Origin: Octopus sinensis
Lineage: Eukaryota
DNA: 64,000 nucleotides
Assembly: GCF_006345805.1 (NCBI RefSeq)
Contig: NC_043006.1
Location: 3,472,001 to 3,536,000 of the forward strand
Reading direction: 5' to 3'
This document shows positions 52,228 through 64,000 of the stretch, piece after piece (the first letter of the stretch is position 1; every line of letters begins with the position of its first letter). The notes beneath the pieces were generated by a model. It was given only the letters and a program-made list of their open reading frames with translations, was not told the DNA's origin and made no database searches. Made by a program: the position numbers and the translations under genes.

Positions 52228-52425
52228 AAATAAGCAACAAGGATATCCAAAGGTAATGCAATACGGTCGTTTAATGCGACTCCATTTAATTAAACAATGC
52301 AAGTATTACATAAGTTTTAAATGCTCTACCTTTTAAAACTGATGTAATACTTGCATTGTTTAATTAAATGGAGTCGCATGAAACGATCGTACTGTATTAC
52401 CTTTGGATATCCTTGTTGCTTATTT
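52228..52425. repeat. 198-bp near-perfect hairpin
   Basis: 84-bp outer arms with 4 mismatches, plus a further approximately 10-bp inner stem. Confidence 0.95.
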
Positions 52426-52489
52426 GGATATATATATATATATATATATATTTTCATACACACTTACATATATACATTTATATATATAT

Positions 52490-53300
52490 AACATTCTTTG
52501 TCTCTCTATCTCTATGTCTGTCTGTTCCCTATGCATTCTCAAACGGCTCGACCAAGTCAGATCAAATTTTACAAGGTAATAGTATCAGTCTCCGTGACTA
52601 TCACCATGGATTTTGGTTTTTCTCCTTGAATTAAAACAATGTAACACTGGCGCTCATTCGGTATTACGTATCAAAAGCGAAAGAGTAAGATTTACATTAT
52701 AATGTGATATAATATTGTTTCACTTTTATTCTTTCACAATTGATTCTAATGTGTCACTTTTATTTTTTCACTTTTAATTTTAATGTAATAAGCCTATATT
52801 GTTTCACATTCATTGTTTCACTTTTAATTCTAATGTGAAACACTAAGATCATTTTTTCTATTATGTTTATGAGACTTTCCTAAGATCTTTTAATGCAAGG
52901 ACTACTTGAATTCTGGGGTCAATATAATCAACTAGCACAGAAGTGAGATGAGACTCTCTCAAAATTAGCAAGGGCATGTTGCGGCACGTCAAATGGAGTC
53001 TCAACAGAGAAGGAAAATGAGACTTTCTCAAGATCAGCAAAGGCATGGTGAAGCACGTCATATGAAGGTGTCAACACTTCAAACGATCGGTCGTGTTAGA
53101 AGCAGGGCCGACCACCGCATAGGAGCGTATATTCACTTACAGCTTTTTGCTGCGTTCAAAATTCCCATAGCCCCCCCCCCCCCCAATTTTCTATTACAGG
53201 TTATGGCCTGGAATACTCCAAAAGGGCGCATGACATGTCGCTTTGTCGAATTAGCCCATTATTTACTCCACAAATGTTTTGTCGTCAATACTGCACTTTC
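52490..53300 (+). mobile_element. Degraded Helitron-like element
   Basis: 5' tgtctgtctgttccctatgc motif, tandem gtttcacttttaattctaatgtg units, and repeats encoding ES..RRKMRLSQDQQRH..AR. Confidence 0.38.
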
Positions 53301-53376
53301 CCGTATCACCTGTTTCAACATAATTAATAAATACACAAACTATGCCATTTTAATCCCCGAGCAATTCCAGCTGTCT

Positions 53377-53438
<62 letters not shown>

Positions 53439-53599
53439 CGCGCGTGTGTGTGTGTGTGTGTGCGTGTGTGTGTGCGTGTGTGTGTGTGTGGTGTGTGTGT
53501 GTGTGTGTGTGTATGTGTGTATTGATCTAAATTTTGCGAAAAGGGAAATAACACTGACATCTCATTTTAATAGATATATTTGCCAAAATTACATAAAAA

Positions 53600-54681
53600 T
53601 GTCTGGAAATACTAAAGAGTAAATTTATTCAATAAAATCGCCATTGGCTTCAACCACGGCTTCCTGTCACTCTTCTGGATGGTCTCCTTGTTTATGTTGG
53701 TGAATGCTGCCATAATCCATGTCTTCAGTTTATGTTTGGTGTTACAAAGTGTTTTGCTGGTCACTCGCTCAATTCCACCCTACACATAATAATCAAAGGG
53801 CTTGCAGTCTGAGGAGTTAAGGGGCCAGATGTCAGGGGTGATGTCGTCCCAGAAATTATCTGACAGCCCTGACTGGGTTCTCCTGCTAGTGTGGCATGGT
53901 TCAGAGTCGTGTTGAGTCTGAGGCCGCGTGTGAAGATGAATGGAAGCATAACGTCACCAACACTAGTGATCAATCCAAACACCAGGATGTTCACTGAATG
54001 TTTGATTTTTATAATTCTCGGTACATGATTTGGGGACACGACAACCCAACAATTGTTCTATGTGTCATCCTGACAGAAACTTTTCTTGTCTGAGAAAAAC
54101 CAAAGCATGTTCAGTTGGAGGGGATGCTTGAGTTTCTTCAAAATTTCGTAGCGCTGTTTTTCTTTTTGTCCTTGAAGGATTGGGATGGAAAATTGGCCCT
54201 TTCTCATCTTGTATGAGGAATATCGTATGTCTTCAATAAGAAATTCAGACACTCACACGTCCTGACGAAGGACCTGATTGATTTGGAGGTATCGTTGTCA
54301 ATCATGTCCTGGATCTCTACAACAAATTCAAGAGTTCTGTTCTTATCAGAACGATCAGAGTGAGTTTTCCGAGCTGCCGTATCTTCGTAGTCACCAACAC
54401 TTTCAACTCTTTCTAACTCATTCCGAATCCTTCCACTGTCTTGAGATTGACACCTAGACACTCTGAAATGTTGGTATTGGAACTTCCAGAGCAAATGCCA
54501 AGCTGTACAGCATGTCGTTTCCAAATTTCTGGAAAGGTGAATTGCGTCATGATGTTGTTTTTCGCACAGACAGTGCCCAAGTGACCCTACTATACTGTGT
54601 AGTCGAAAAAATCAAAAACAAACAATGCACTTGCGCGTAAAAAAATATATATAATGGCGACAACTTACCAATCACACCCTG
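53600..54681 (-). mobile_element. Tc1/mariner-superfamily (maT/DD37D-like) transposon relic
   Basis: 5' TIR cagggtgtgattggtaagttg preceded by TA; minus-strand LWFFSD, NILVFG.ITS.GDVM, WPLNSSDCKPFDYYV; 3' TIR not seen. Confidence 0.78.
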
Positions 54682-54708
54682 TATATATGTAGATACCTAC
54701 ATATGTTG

Positions 54709-54772
<64 letters not shown>

Positions 54773-54958
54773 GATAATTAGGGAAGATCAATTCCAGTGC
54801 CACAGAAATGAGACATTCAAATTATACATAAATTAAATTGAATTACTCTCAATAATCAATTCATATATATAAAAATAGTGTTAGACGTGTAGTCCGTAAA
54901 TTGGAAAATTTGGGGATTATGAATAGAAATAGTAAGTATAGTATTTAATATTTTATAT

Positions 54959-55213
54959 ATAGATAAATGGTACAACAAGGTACCAATATTTACTGGAAAA
55001 TTTGAAGAGTTAGAAACCAGTCCTGCATTATCCGATTCTAGGTTGTCCATTTATCAGATGTTCTTCCTAGAAGTAAGACAAATTTTTTTTATGTTTGTTG
55101 CACACACACGGTTTTGCTTGTATATACGCAGTGAAGCTATACAATAACGTCGTATTTATTACGATTGCTATTTTCCAGTAAATATTGGTGCTTCTGTTGT
55201 ACCATTTATCTAT
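54959..55213. mobile_element. 255-bp element with 43-bp inverted termini in TA context
   Basis: atagataaatggtacaacaaggtaccaatatttactggaaaat mirrored at 55170-55213. Confidence 0.8.
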
Positions 55214-55223
55214 TTTTATATAC

Positions 55224-55265
<42 letters not shown>

Positions 55266-55267
<2 letters not shown>

Positions 55268-55807
55268 CAATAATATTCTCTAAATGAGATATAGACAGTA
55301 ACTGCTCCATAACATAAGGGACTAAAGCCATCTGAATATGGCTAGGGACAGGGCAGGGTGGTGGGGGTGTTACTGTTGCATTTAGCCCCAGGCGAACATC
55401 AACGTCGCCAGATAGGCTTGACACCATCACGGTGTCCTTTAACCTGCAAAGGGAGATAATTCCTCGATGAAGCGGAAACCACACACGGACCATGGTTTCA
55501 AGGTGTATTGCCTATCATCAACGTGTGGCAGGCCCCCGCTTCCTCGACGAAATCTCACTCTGCAGGATATTCATATATAGATTTTCAAGCAAAATACATT
55601 TGCTGATTTCGAAAATCTGTTCGACAGCAATAATAATTCTCTAAATGAGATATAGACAGTAACTGCTCCATAACATAAGGGACTAAAGCCATCTGAATAT
55701 GGCTAGGGACAGGGCAGGGTGGTGGGGGTGTTACTGTTGCATTTAGCCCCAGGCGAACATCAACGTCGCCAGATAGGCTTGACACCATCACGGTGTCCTT
55801 TAACCTG
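55266..55807 (-). mobile_element. Retrozyme/Penelope-like 1.5-unit tandem (period about 360 bp) carrying a hammerhead
   Basis: 55266-55446 is repeated almost identically at 55626-55807; hammerhead in the spacer; (TA)n on the left. Confidence 0.65.
55482..55527 (-). ncRNA. Type I hammerhead ribozyme with C3U substitution
   Basis: Minus: cacacg-TTGATGA-t-agg(caataca)cct-t-GAAA-ccatgg-TC-cgtgtg; 6-bp stem I, palindromic ACCAUGGU stem III, GUC triplet. Confidence 0.68.
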
Positions 55808-58361
55808 GGACAGCTAAAGTGTTGATACCTATTATCTTGTTTTTAGCATTGAGCTCTGTTTTCAGTATTGATCTAACTCGTCTATAGTATTCTTTCTTTA
55901 TTTTCTCTTTCATTTGTGTGTGTTGTGTCTTATCTAGTTCATGGATTCCTAAATATTTTAAAGTTTGGCTTTGGTCTAATTCTCTTATTTCATTGGCTTT
56001 ATCTAGTGTGATGTTGCCACTCTTAACTAGTTTTCCTCTTTTCAGGGCTACTTTGGCGCATTTTTCTAATCCAAATTTCATATCTATTTCTTTGGTAAAT
56101 CCATGAACTGTCTTTAATAGTGTTTCCAGCTGTTTGTCATTTGCAGCGTATAGTTTTAGGTCATCCATATATAAAAGGTGGCTGATCGTTTTGCCGTAAC
56201 ATTTATATCCACATCAGTTCTATTTAGCATATCAGATAGAGGTGACAGTGCCAAGCAGAAAAGGAGTGGAGAGAGCGTGTCTCCCTGGAATATTCCTCTT
56301 CTAATGGGGATGTCTTTGTTTTCACAACTCCCTCTTTTTTTGTAGCCGTAGCACTGTTTGCCATTTATTCATAGAGTGCTATGATTTTATGATTGTTGGT
56401 GCTACTTTGTTAATGGCTAGTGTTTCGAGGATCCATATGTGGGGGATGCTATCAAACGCCTTTTTGTAGTCGATCCAGGCCATACTGAGGCCTTTCTTCT
56501 TTCTGTGGCTGTCTTCAGTTATGGCTTTATTGATCATTAGTTGATCTTTACAGCCATATGAGCCTTTGTGGCACCCTTTCTGCTCTTCTGGAAACAGGTT
56601 GTTTCGCCCAGGTGCTTGTTCAATCTTTGTGATATTACTGCAGTGAATGCTTTGTACATTGTAGGGAGACATATTATAGGTCTGTAGTTTTCTGGTTTTG
56701 CTGTCTCATTGGATTTGAGAATTAAGATGGTTTTCCCCTTCGTGAGCCATTCAGGCATTGTCTCTGGCTCTGCTAGTATGTTGTTAAAGTTTTTAGCCAG
56801 CTTTTTGTGCATTCCAGTCCGATAATTCAACCAGAAGTTGGGAATCTTGTCATGCCCAGGTGCTTTCCAGTTGCCTAGTCTTTGCAGTGCCTGGGTGACC
56901 TCTTCAGTTGTTATGGGGGTCCAAAGTTGCTCAGATGCTAAGTTTGTTGTTTTAATACTCCTGTTTTTTGGTTGTTCATTTGCCGACCATATTTCTCTCC
57001 AGGATTCTTCCACTTCTTCTGCCGTTGGTGCTGCAGTGATGTCTTTTTTATTTTTGCCAAATTCTTGGTAGAAATTTTGGGGGTTGGAGTTGAACTGTTT
57101 GTTTTGTTCAAAGAAACGTTGGCGTTTCTCAAATCGGCGGATCCTTTGTGCTTTGGCAAGGATATCTTGCTTTAGCTTTTCTTTCATTTCAGGTAAATCT
57201 TTTTCTGTGATGTTGTATTTGCACAGTATTTTTGTTTTCTTTTTGTTGCTCAGTAGCGTTGATTGTCTACTGATTTCATTAAGAATCGACAGATCTTTTC
57301 TCATTTTTTGTATTTTTTTAATGTTATTTATCCACAGGGTTTGTTTGGGTGGTGGTACTCCTGTTTGGATTGGTTTGAGTAAGTATCCGGCTTCTTTTGT
57401 GGCTGCAGTGGCTGCTGCGTATACTAAGTCATTTAGCTCAGTGATATCGCTATTTGTTTCAGTGGCTATTAGTTCCGTGACGGCTAGGTTTATGCTATTT
57501 ATAATTGATGTTGATTTTTTGTCTATTTTGATTTTTGGGAGGTATGATCGATGGTCCATTTTGAGATCTGTAGTTTTCAGTTCTTTGATTATTCTACTTT
57601 TTATAGTGTCATAATCATTAGGCTCCCCTTCGTTGTTTCCAGGTTTTAGATTTGTGTTGCTTTCTTTCCCGTTCGTATGTTTGTCTGTCGTGTTTTGGCT
57701 TCTTGCTTGTCGTGCATTATTATGCATCTTTACGGTCTGGGTTTGTTGTTTTTTGTTTACATCGTTTTTGTTGGGAATGTTACGTTTGTCTTCGTGTTTT
57801 ACTATCTCAGGGTTTATATTATTTGGCATTGTTGTGTGGCTTCTATCTACATTTTCCTGGTGTATTTTTTTTAAATGTTCTATTTCTATTTCTGATTTTT
57901 TTTGCGTTGAGAATATATCTTCGTACGTTTGCTAGTTTATTAGGGTTCATTGCTGTATCCAGGTCTTTATTTATGTTATTTTTCTTCCATATTTTATATG
58001 TATATGTTGTTGTGTTTTCTTTCTTTGTGTAGAGCACTGCTGTAAAGTAAGCGTGTAGGATATAAATGTATTCCTCACGTGTCCATTTATGCTTTCTTGG
58101 TTTTATTTGCGGGACATGAGGAACAACGTCCGGCCCATTATTTTGATGGTCGCCATTTTCGTAGAGTACCGGTACGTTCATTTCTGTTGTCACATTGTTT
58201 TGCACGTGTAGTTTTTCGAACTTTTTGTGTAGCAAGTTTGAAGTATGTACTTCCCGATTATTATTCTTGTGTTGAATAATACCGGTATTATTTAATTTAT
58301 TCGTAGATTTTTTTACATGGTGTTTGGGGCCGGAGATGATCTGGTGTTCATGGATCGTAAT

Positions 58362-58362
<1 letters not shown>
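55805..58362 (-). mobile_element. Dong/R4 element (same family as 22651-25825) with N-terminal Myb-like region retained and 3' half missing
   Basis: KWTREEY..KLANVRR Myb-like motif (ORF 57843-58235); ORF 56537-57829; RT MDDLKLY; ends abruptly at ..GINTLAVP. Confidence 0.9.
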
Positions 58363-58419
<57 letters not shown>

Positions 58420-58420
58420 C
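58363..58420. repeat. (TTA)n spacer between two Dong elements
   Basis: Direct inspection. Confidence 0.97.
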
Positions 58421-61400
58421 ATTTATGGGTTTTTCTTCTTCTTTCAAATTTGCTTCCATTTCTTGCCGAGTGTATTCCCGACTCCTAGGGCAAAGAAACT
58501 CATAGTATACATTGGTAGGCCATTAAACCAAACTCAGTAGTTCGTTCATTTTTTTTTTTTTTTAAAGTTAAATTAAAATACATGAGTAGCAACAGTTCTC
58601 ACATCGACAATGCTCTTCTCAATACGTGTGATGTACCAGTTAAGACAATCTTTTGCGCTTCTTGCAGGGATGGTAAGCCAGGGATCATTCTCATATATTT
58701 TCGGTTCCCTTCTTGATCATTCCTAGTGCTCCTACGATCACTGGTATTGTAACCGCCTTGAGATGCCACATTTTCTCAGTTTCAATGAGCAGGTCTTTAT
58801 ATTTTCTGAGCTTGTCAAACTCTTTCGCTGAGATATTATGATCACAGGGGATGCTCATGTCGATCAATAAGCAACTTTATTGTTTTGGTCTTTCACAACA
58901 ATATCTGGTTTATTGGCCTTGATGGTTCGGTCTGTATGTACTGGAAAGTCCCACAGAATAGTTACATTTTCTCCTTCAGTTACAGCCTCAGGGTGGTGAT
59001 TATACCACTTGTCGGCAGTTTTGATATTGTAATGCCGACTTATTAGCCAGTGGAGATATTGGCCAACTCTGTCATGTCTTAATTTATACTCCACTGGTGC
59101 TAAGACTTTACATCAGAGATTAGGTGGTCCACTGTTTCAATCATGTCGTTGCAGAATCGGCATTTTGGGTCTGCTCCATTTTTCATCACATGGGCCTGGT
59201 AGTTCCGGGTTAATAGGCTTTGATCTTGAGCAGCCAGGATGAAACCTTCGCTCTCTGCTTTTAGCCCTGAGCTTCGTAGCCATTGATGGTTTGCTTCTGG
59301 TCAACATTTCTTGTTTGCTGCGGGTCACATTTTTGCCGTGCAGCAGAGTTTCTCCTCCCATCTATCAGATAATTGCTCGTGCGCTTTTTTCATTGCCATC
59401 ATTTTCACCTTCTCTGCAACAATAGTTGCCGTACTTCCCTCGGGTTGTTCAGTTTGGGTATCCTGCACGAGATCAATAGCAAATTTTTTGCTTTCCTTTA
59501 TGATAGAATGAAGCTTCTTTCGTCTCGTGATTTTCCACGAGCTTTAGCATCCAGTCATTCGATATTTCGAGATATTTGGCCAGTTCAATTGTGGTTGTTT
59601 TGTAACCTAGTTCAAATTGGATCAGGCCTCGACCTCCTTGGGCTCTGGGAAGGTAAAGGCGATCTACGTCTGCCTTGGGTGGTGCATCCTATTACAACTC
59701 AGCAGCTTGCGTATTTTCCTATCTATATTCTTTACTTCACTCATATTCCAGTTCAACACATTGTAGCTATAAGTAACAACTGGAACTGCTAAGGAATTTA
59801 TAGCTAACACCTTGTTACGTGCATTTAGTTCAGATTTCAGGACTGCACGAACTCTCCTATAACATTCCTTCCTGATTTCTCTTTCGTGCTTGCATGCTGA
59901 ATACCAGAGCCTTCATTTATCCCTAAATATTTGTATGTTTGTTCTTGCTCAAGCTCTCTTATGACTGTGTCAACATCTAACACGACTGAATTTGTGGTCT
60001 TCACTTTCCCTTTCTGGAAAGTGGCCTTGGCACACTTCTCAAGTCCAAACTCCATCCCGATGTCATCGCTGAATGCTTTCACGGTGCGCAATAGGCCTTC
60101 AAGTTCATTATTGTCTTTACCATAAAGTTTTAAGTCATCCATATAAAATAGATGGCTTATTTTTTTATTGGCAATTTTATACCCATACCCTGTTCTGTTT
60201 AATTCACTTGTAAGGGGTATTAGGGCTATGCAGAATATTAAAGGTGAAAGTGAGTCACCTTGAAAAATTCACAGTTGATGTTATATTTTCTGAGGCAAGT
60301 ACTCCATTAGAGTGGTATAATTGGAGATTCGTATTCCACAACGACATATTGTGCTTCAGGAAGTTTGAAATCACAGGGGAAATTTTGAAGATGTCCAGCG
60401 ATCTCAAGATCCATGGATGCGGTATACTGTCGAAGGCCTTTTTTAGTCAATCCATGCGGTGCTGAGATTTCTGCGCTGTTGTTGTGACAGTTCTCAAGGA
60501 TCATACGATTGATTAGCAGTTGATCTTTGCATCCGTAAGAGCCTCGGCGGCACCCTTTTTGTTCAATGGGGAAAATATCGTTCTTCTCCATGAATGCATA
60601 TGTTTTCTCCGCCAGGATAGATGTTAGGATTTTATACGTGGTAGATAGACAGGTATAGGCCGATAGTTTTTTGAAGGTTGGTTTCGTTATTCTTTGGGAG
60701 TAGGTAAGTAATGCCACTTGCTAACCATTCAGGTGTTTTCTTTGGGTCTCTCATAATTCCATTGAGCAGCTGAACTAGCTTACCGTGTGCGCATGGGAGC
60801 GATGCGAGCCAGAAATTCGGCAACCTATCTTTACCGGGGGATTTCCAATTATGGGCCTTCGTGAGTGCCTTTCTTGGGTCTGCTATTGTGATGTCTTCCC
60901 ATGCTTGTTGTTGTAAATTTTGGTAGGATCCTTCAGTTTGTATAATCCAGTCTGCATTTATGTTGTACGTCTTCTTGTCACTCCAATCCTTTTCCAAAAG
61001 TTTTGAACTTCTTCCATGGGAGGGGGGTCTTTAACGGTTACTTCTCCTTCCCTATTTCTCTGTAGAATTTTTGGCATTGGATGTGAACAGCTTATTTTGC
61101 TTGTAAAACTTGTTTCTCTTCTCAAATCTTCGTATTCTTTGGGCTTTTGCTTGGACTTTTTGTTTCAGCGTTTCTTTTATTGATATCAGTTCTTCTCTTG
61201 GTGAGGATCCAAAGTTTCTCTTCATCTTTCTTCCTGTTCTGGATCTTACATCATTTCCACATATTAGTTCATTTAATATTGATATTTCCCCTCTCATAAA
61301 TTCAATCTCTTTTTCAATTTTACTTCTCCAGGTTTGATTTCTTCCCAGGTTTTGTTTTCTTTGTTTTTTGGGGGGCATACAGCTGGTTTCAATTGCCCTA

Positions 61401-62384
61401 GCAGAAGCGTAAATAATTTCATTTAACTCAGTAAAATCAGGTTTTAATTCTCGTATTATTTCATTTGTTACATAGTTGCCAATTTGGATTTGTTTTTTAT
61501 TTTGGTTTGTATTTGAGAGTTTATGAAGTGGTTCTCTATCATTCATACTTGTATGTCTTACAACTTCAAGCGTATTCAGGATTTTCTGCCTCATTTCTGC
61601 CATAGACTCTCTGTGTTCTTCAGCAAATGCGAGATCTTCAGTTACTGTTGTTTTTTCGTTTTCCTGGCTATCTTTAACAGGTACAATAGAATTTCTTGTA
61701 TCTTCAGGCCTTTGTGTACTTTGGTCAGATGGCAGTCTTTCAATTAAGCCTCGTGGCGGGCTATACTGTTCATCTGATTCTTCATTTCCTTTGTGTCTTA
61801 TATTTATGTCATTTTCCGTTGCGTGCTTGATCGCGCTTATTTCACTGTCTGTGAGTCTGTTATTTCTAAGGATATCCCTCCTCACATTTGCTAATTTGTT
61901 CTCGTCCAAATAGGGCCTACTGTCTTGATTCCGTGTTCTCCATATACTGTAAGAGTTTGCGGTGTGTCTCTCTTGAGATGGCCTACCTAATGCATAGTAA
62001 TAAGCGTATATTACTTCTTTATACTCTTCTCGGGTCCATTTGTTCCGCTTACATTTTTCTTTCTGTGGTGGTTGTGGTGGCGAACTTGGAGGGCTCGAGT
62101 TGGGGGATTTTCCGTTCAAGTGACCATCTATGTCCGTATTCGGAGAAGTGTTTGTGCCAGTTGATGACTTTTCGATCCCAGGCTGGCTCTTCCCTGGGGG
62201 ACGCGCTTCCAGATTAACCATAGGACAAGCGATTTGGTATACTGATTTAGTTTTCCTTTTAGTTTCCAAAAACATTTTGGTGCTACGATAATGTTATCAT
62301 TTTTTAGCTTTGATTGGCTCGTGGGGAGACGGCCATCATTGCCGTTACAATTATAATCGTACCATTATAGCAGCCGTAGTCGGC
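58421..62384 (-). mobile_element. Second Dong/R4 subfamily, near full length, frameshifted
   Basis: Myb-like KWTREEY..KLANVRR (ORF 61052-62275), NWKSPGKD, EQKGCRRGSYGCKDQL, MDDLKLY, CRFCNDMIETVDHLIS, RHD..KPDIVVKD; (TAA)n at both ends. Confidence 0.92.
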
Positions 62385-62389
62385 TTATT

Positions 62390-62507
62390 ATTGTTATTAT
62401 CATCACCATTACCATCACTATCATCATTATCACCAGCATTACCATCATCATTATCATCATCACCATCACCATCACCACCATCATCATCAATGATATTGTT
62501 TTATGTG

Positions 62508-62596
<89 letters not shown>

Positions 62597-62600
62597 CTCC
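62390..62600. repeat. (ATC)/(ATT)n array
   Basis: Direct inspection. Confidence 0.95.
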
Positions 62601-62659
62601 TTTCATTCGCTTCTTTCTTCTGGCCATTTCATCATGTTGAACCGTTAATTTCTACACAT

Positions 62660-62820
62660 TTTGTTCTCACTCCGTTTTTTTTCTAACTCTTCATCACTTT
62701 TCTCGGAGAGCGTAAGCTCGAAGCGAAAAAGATGTTTCTATTCTTCCTGAGTGTTAAACTAATATACTTGTTTGTTGTTCTTACACCTATCTTCGTCTTT
62801 TGTTTTCTGTAAATTTGAAC
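62660..62820 (+). mobile_element. Degenerate family A Penelope-like repeat
   Basis: gagc(gtaa)gctc-gaagcg..aaag followed by tcctgagtgttaaactaata as in the other copies. Confidence 0.5.
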
Positions 62821-64000
62821 GGTGTGCACGCCTCTCTCTCTCTCTTCTCTCTCTCTCTCTGTGTGCGTGTGTGTATGTGTGTGTGTGTGTGCGTGTGTGT
62901 GTATGTGTGTGTGTGTGTGTGATGCAAGAAATGAAAATGTCCCTCAAACCCAACCGACAAAACCTGCAACTGACAAAATCCTTTGCAAACTTAAGGAAAT
63001 TAACTCCAAATGCTTAATCGTAGCAGAGAAGAATCGATGAGACACACTTGCTACTCCAGAGAAATCAACGAGAAAGAAGCAAGATCTTCATAGGTAGAAT
63101 TTACTCAAACTATGTGTGTGTTTATTGTGTGCATGTTTGCGCGCGCGCACGTAAATTAGAACGTTCTAGCCAGAAAAATGGTATGTGGGTCTGGGGGCCA
63201 AAGGAGTGTGGAATTATGCCTCAGAATGTAAAACCTGAGCTTGGGAAATTCCAAGACCACAAATCCAAGAAAGTTAAAACCTGGAAATTATGGAAAGCGT
63301 TGGTCTGTTGACATCTTGTGGAGGATGAATCGACAGAAAATGACCGACGGAAAATGGATAGAGACGAATATGTACTTTGTTTTTAACAGGAGACGTAAGA
63401 CAACGTAAACAAGGCGAGCGCAGAATGTTTGTATGTGTGTATGTGAAGGTGTCAAAGTGGCTGTTTGGCTGGTAATGGTCAGTAGTGATAGGAAAACAAA
63501 GAATTAGACGATGAGTCAAAGGTTCTAATCAAGTCCATGGTTAGCTAGAGTAAGTATGCGTGTACGTGTGTGTGAAACGGAGAGAAATTATCGATGAAGG
63601 AAAATGTGCATAACTATGTACCTAAGGGAAGACTATGTGTCGGTGTGTGAGTGCAGAAAGACAGGTATGATCATCGGAGAAGGTGGGATGTGTATGAGTA
63701 GGTAAATGTTTGAGTCATATGAGTTTGAGTATGTGATGTGTTTGACGTTATGAGGGAATTAAGAGTTAAGATGAGGGAGGAGAGAAGATAGGAGAGTGAA
63801 GAATCACGGGTGTGTAATTGTTGACAGGACAATGGAAACGTGGGTGTGAAAATACAGGCTAAGTAAATTGAGAATAGGAATTTAAAGAGGAAGGACTGAA
63901 AGTTTATAGAAAAAAAGAGAAAAGCTTTTTTTCCCTCAGCGAGAAATGTGAAATGTGGCGTGGAGTAGTCAGCGGCCAGTTTTTCAGATGTATACAGAAT

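Noticed and set aside
55320-55400. Twister-like cctgtccctagcc on the minus strand
   Set aside because: Lacks the complementary pseudoknot partners.
62290-62385. HDV-like ribozyme at the Dong 5' end (cgt-ctcccc-acg, gctaa)
   Set aside because: No GG for P1.1 and no consistent P1/P2; it folds as a simple hairpin. An Infernal search would be decisive.

Overview
AT-rich, microsatellite-dense animal genomic DNA, inferred to be cephalopod (Octopus-like) from the SINE families and repeat landscape. I found no convincing host protein-coding exon; nearly all ORF-track entries are microsatellite artefacts or transposon fragments. Recognisable content: (i) four Dong/R4-type RLE non-LTR retrotransposons in two (TAA)n arrays; (ii) CR1 and RTE fragments; (iii) mariner and Tc1/maT relics plus fold-back derivatives; (iv) Helitron-like elements; (v) many tRNA-derived SINEs. 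Two things stand out. First, several unrelated minimal type I hammerhead-ribozyme motifs sit in short (TA)n-associated, Penelope-like non-coding elements. One has a fully canonical core (15095-15152), and one family carries a repeated A6U core variant with a 2-nt stem III linker. Second, three divergent ORF1-only (half-L1/HAL1-like) retroposons encode an L1/Tx1-type CCHC protein without any ORF2, and two are bounded by apparent target-site duplications. All motifs were found and folded by eye; no database or folding program was run.
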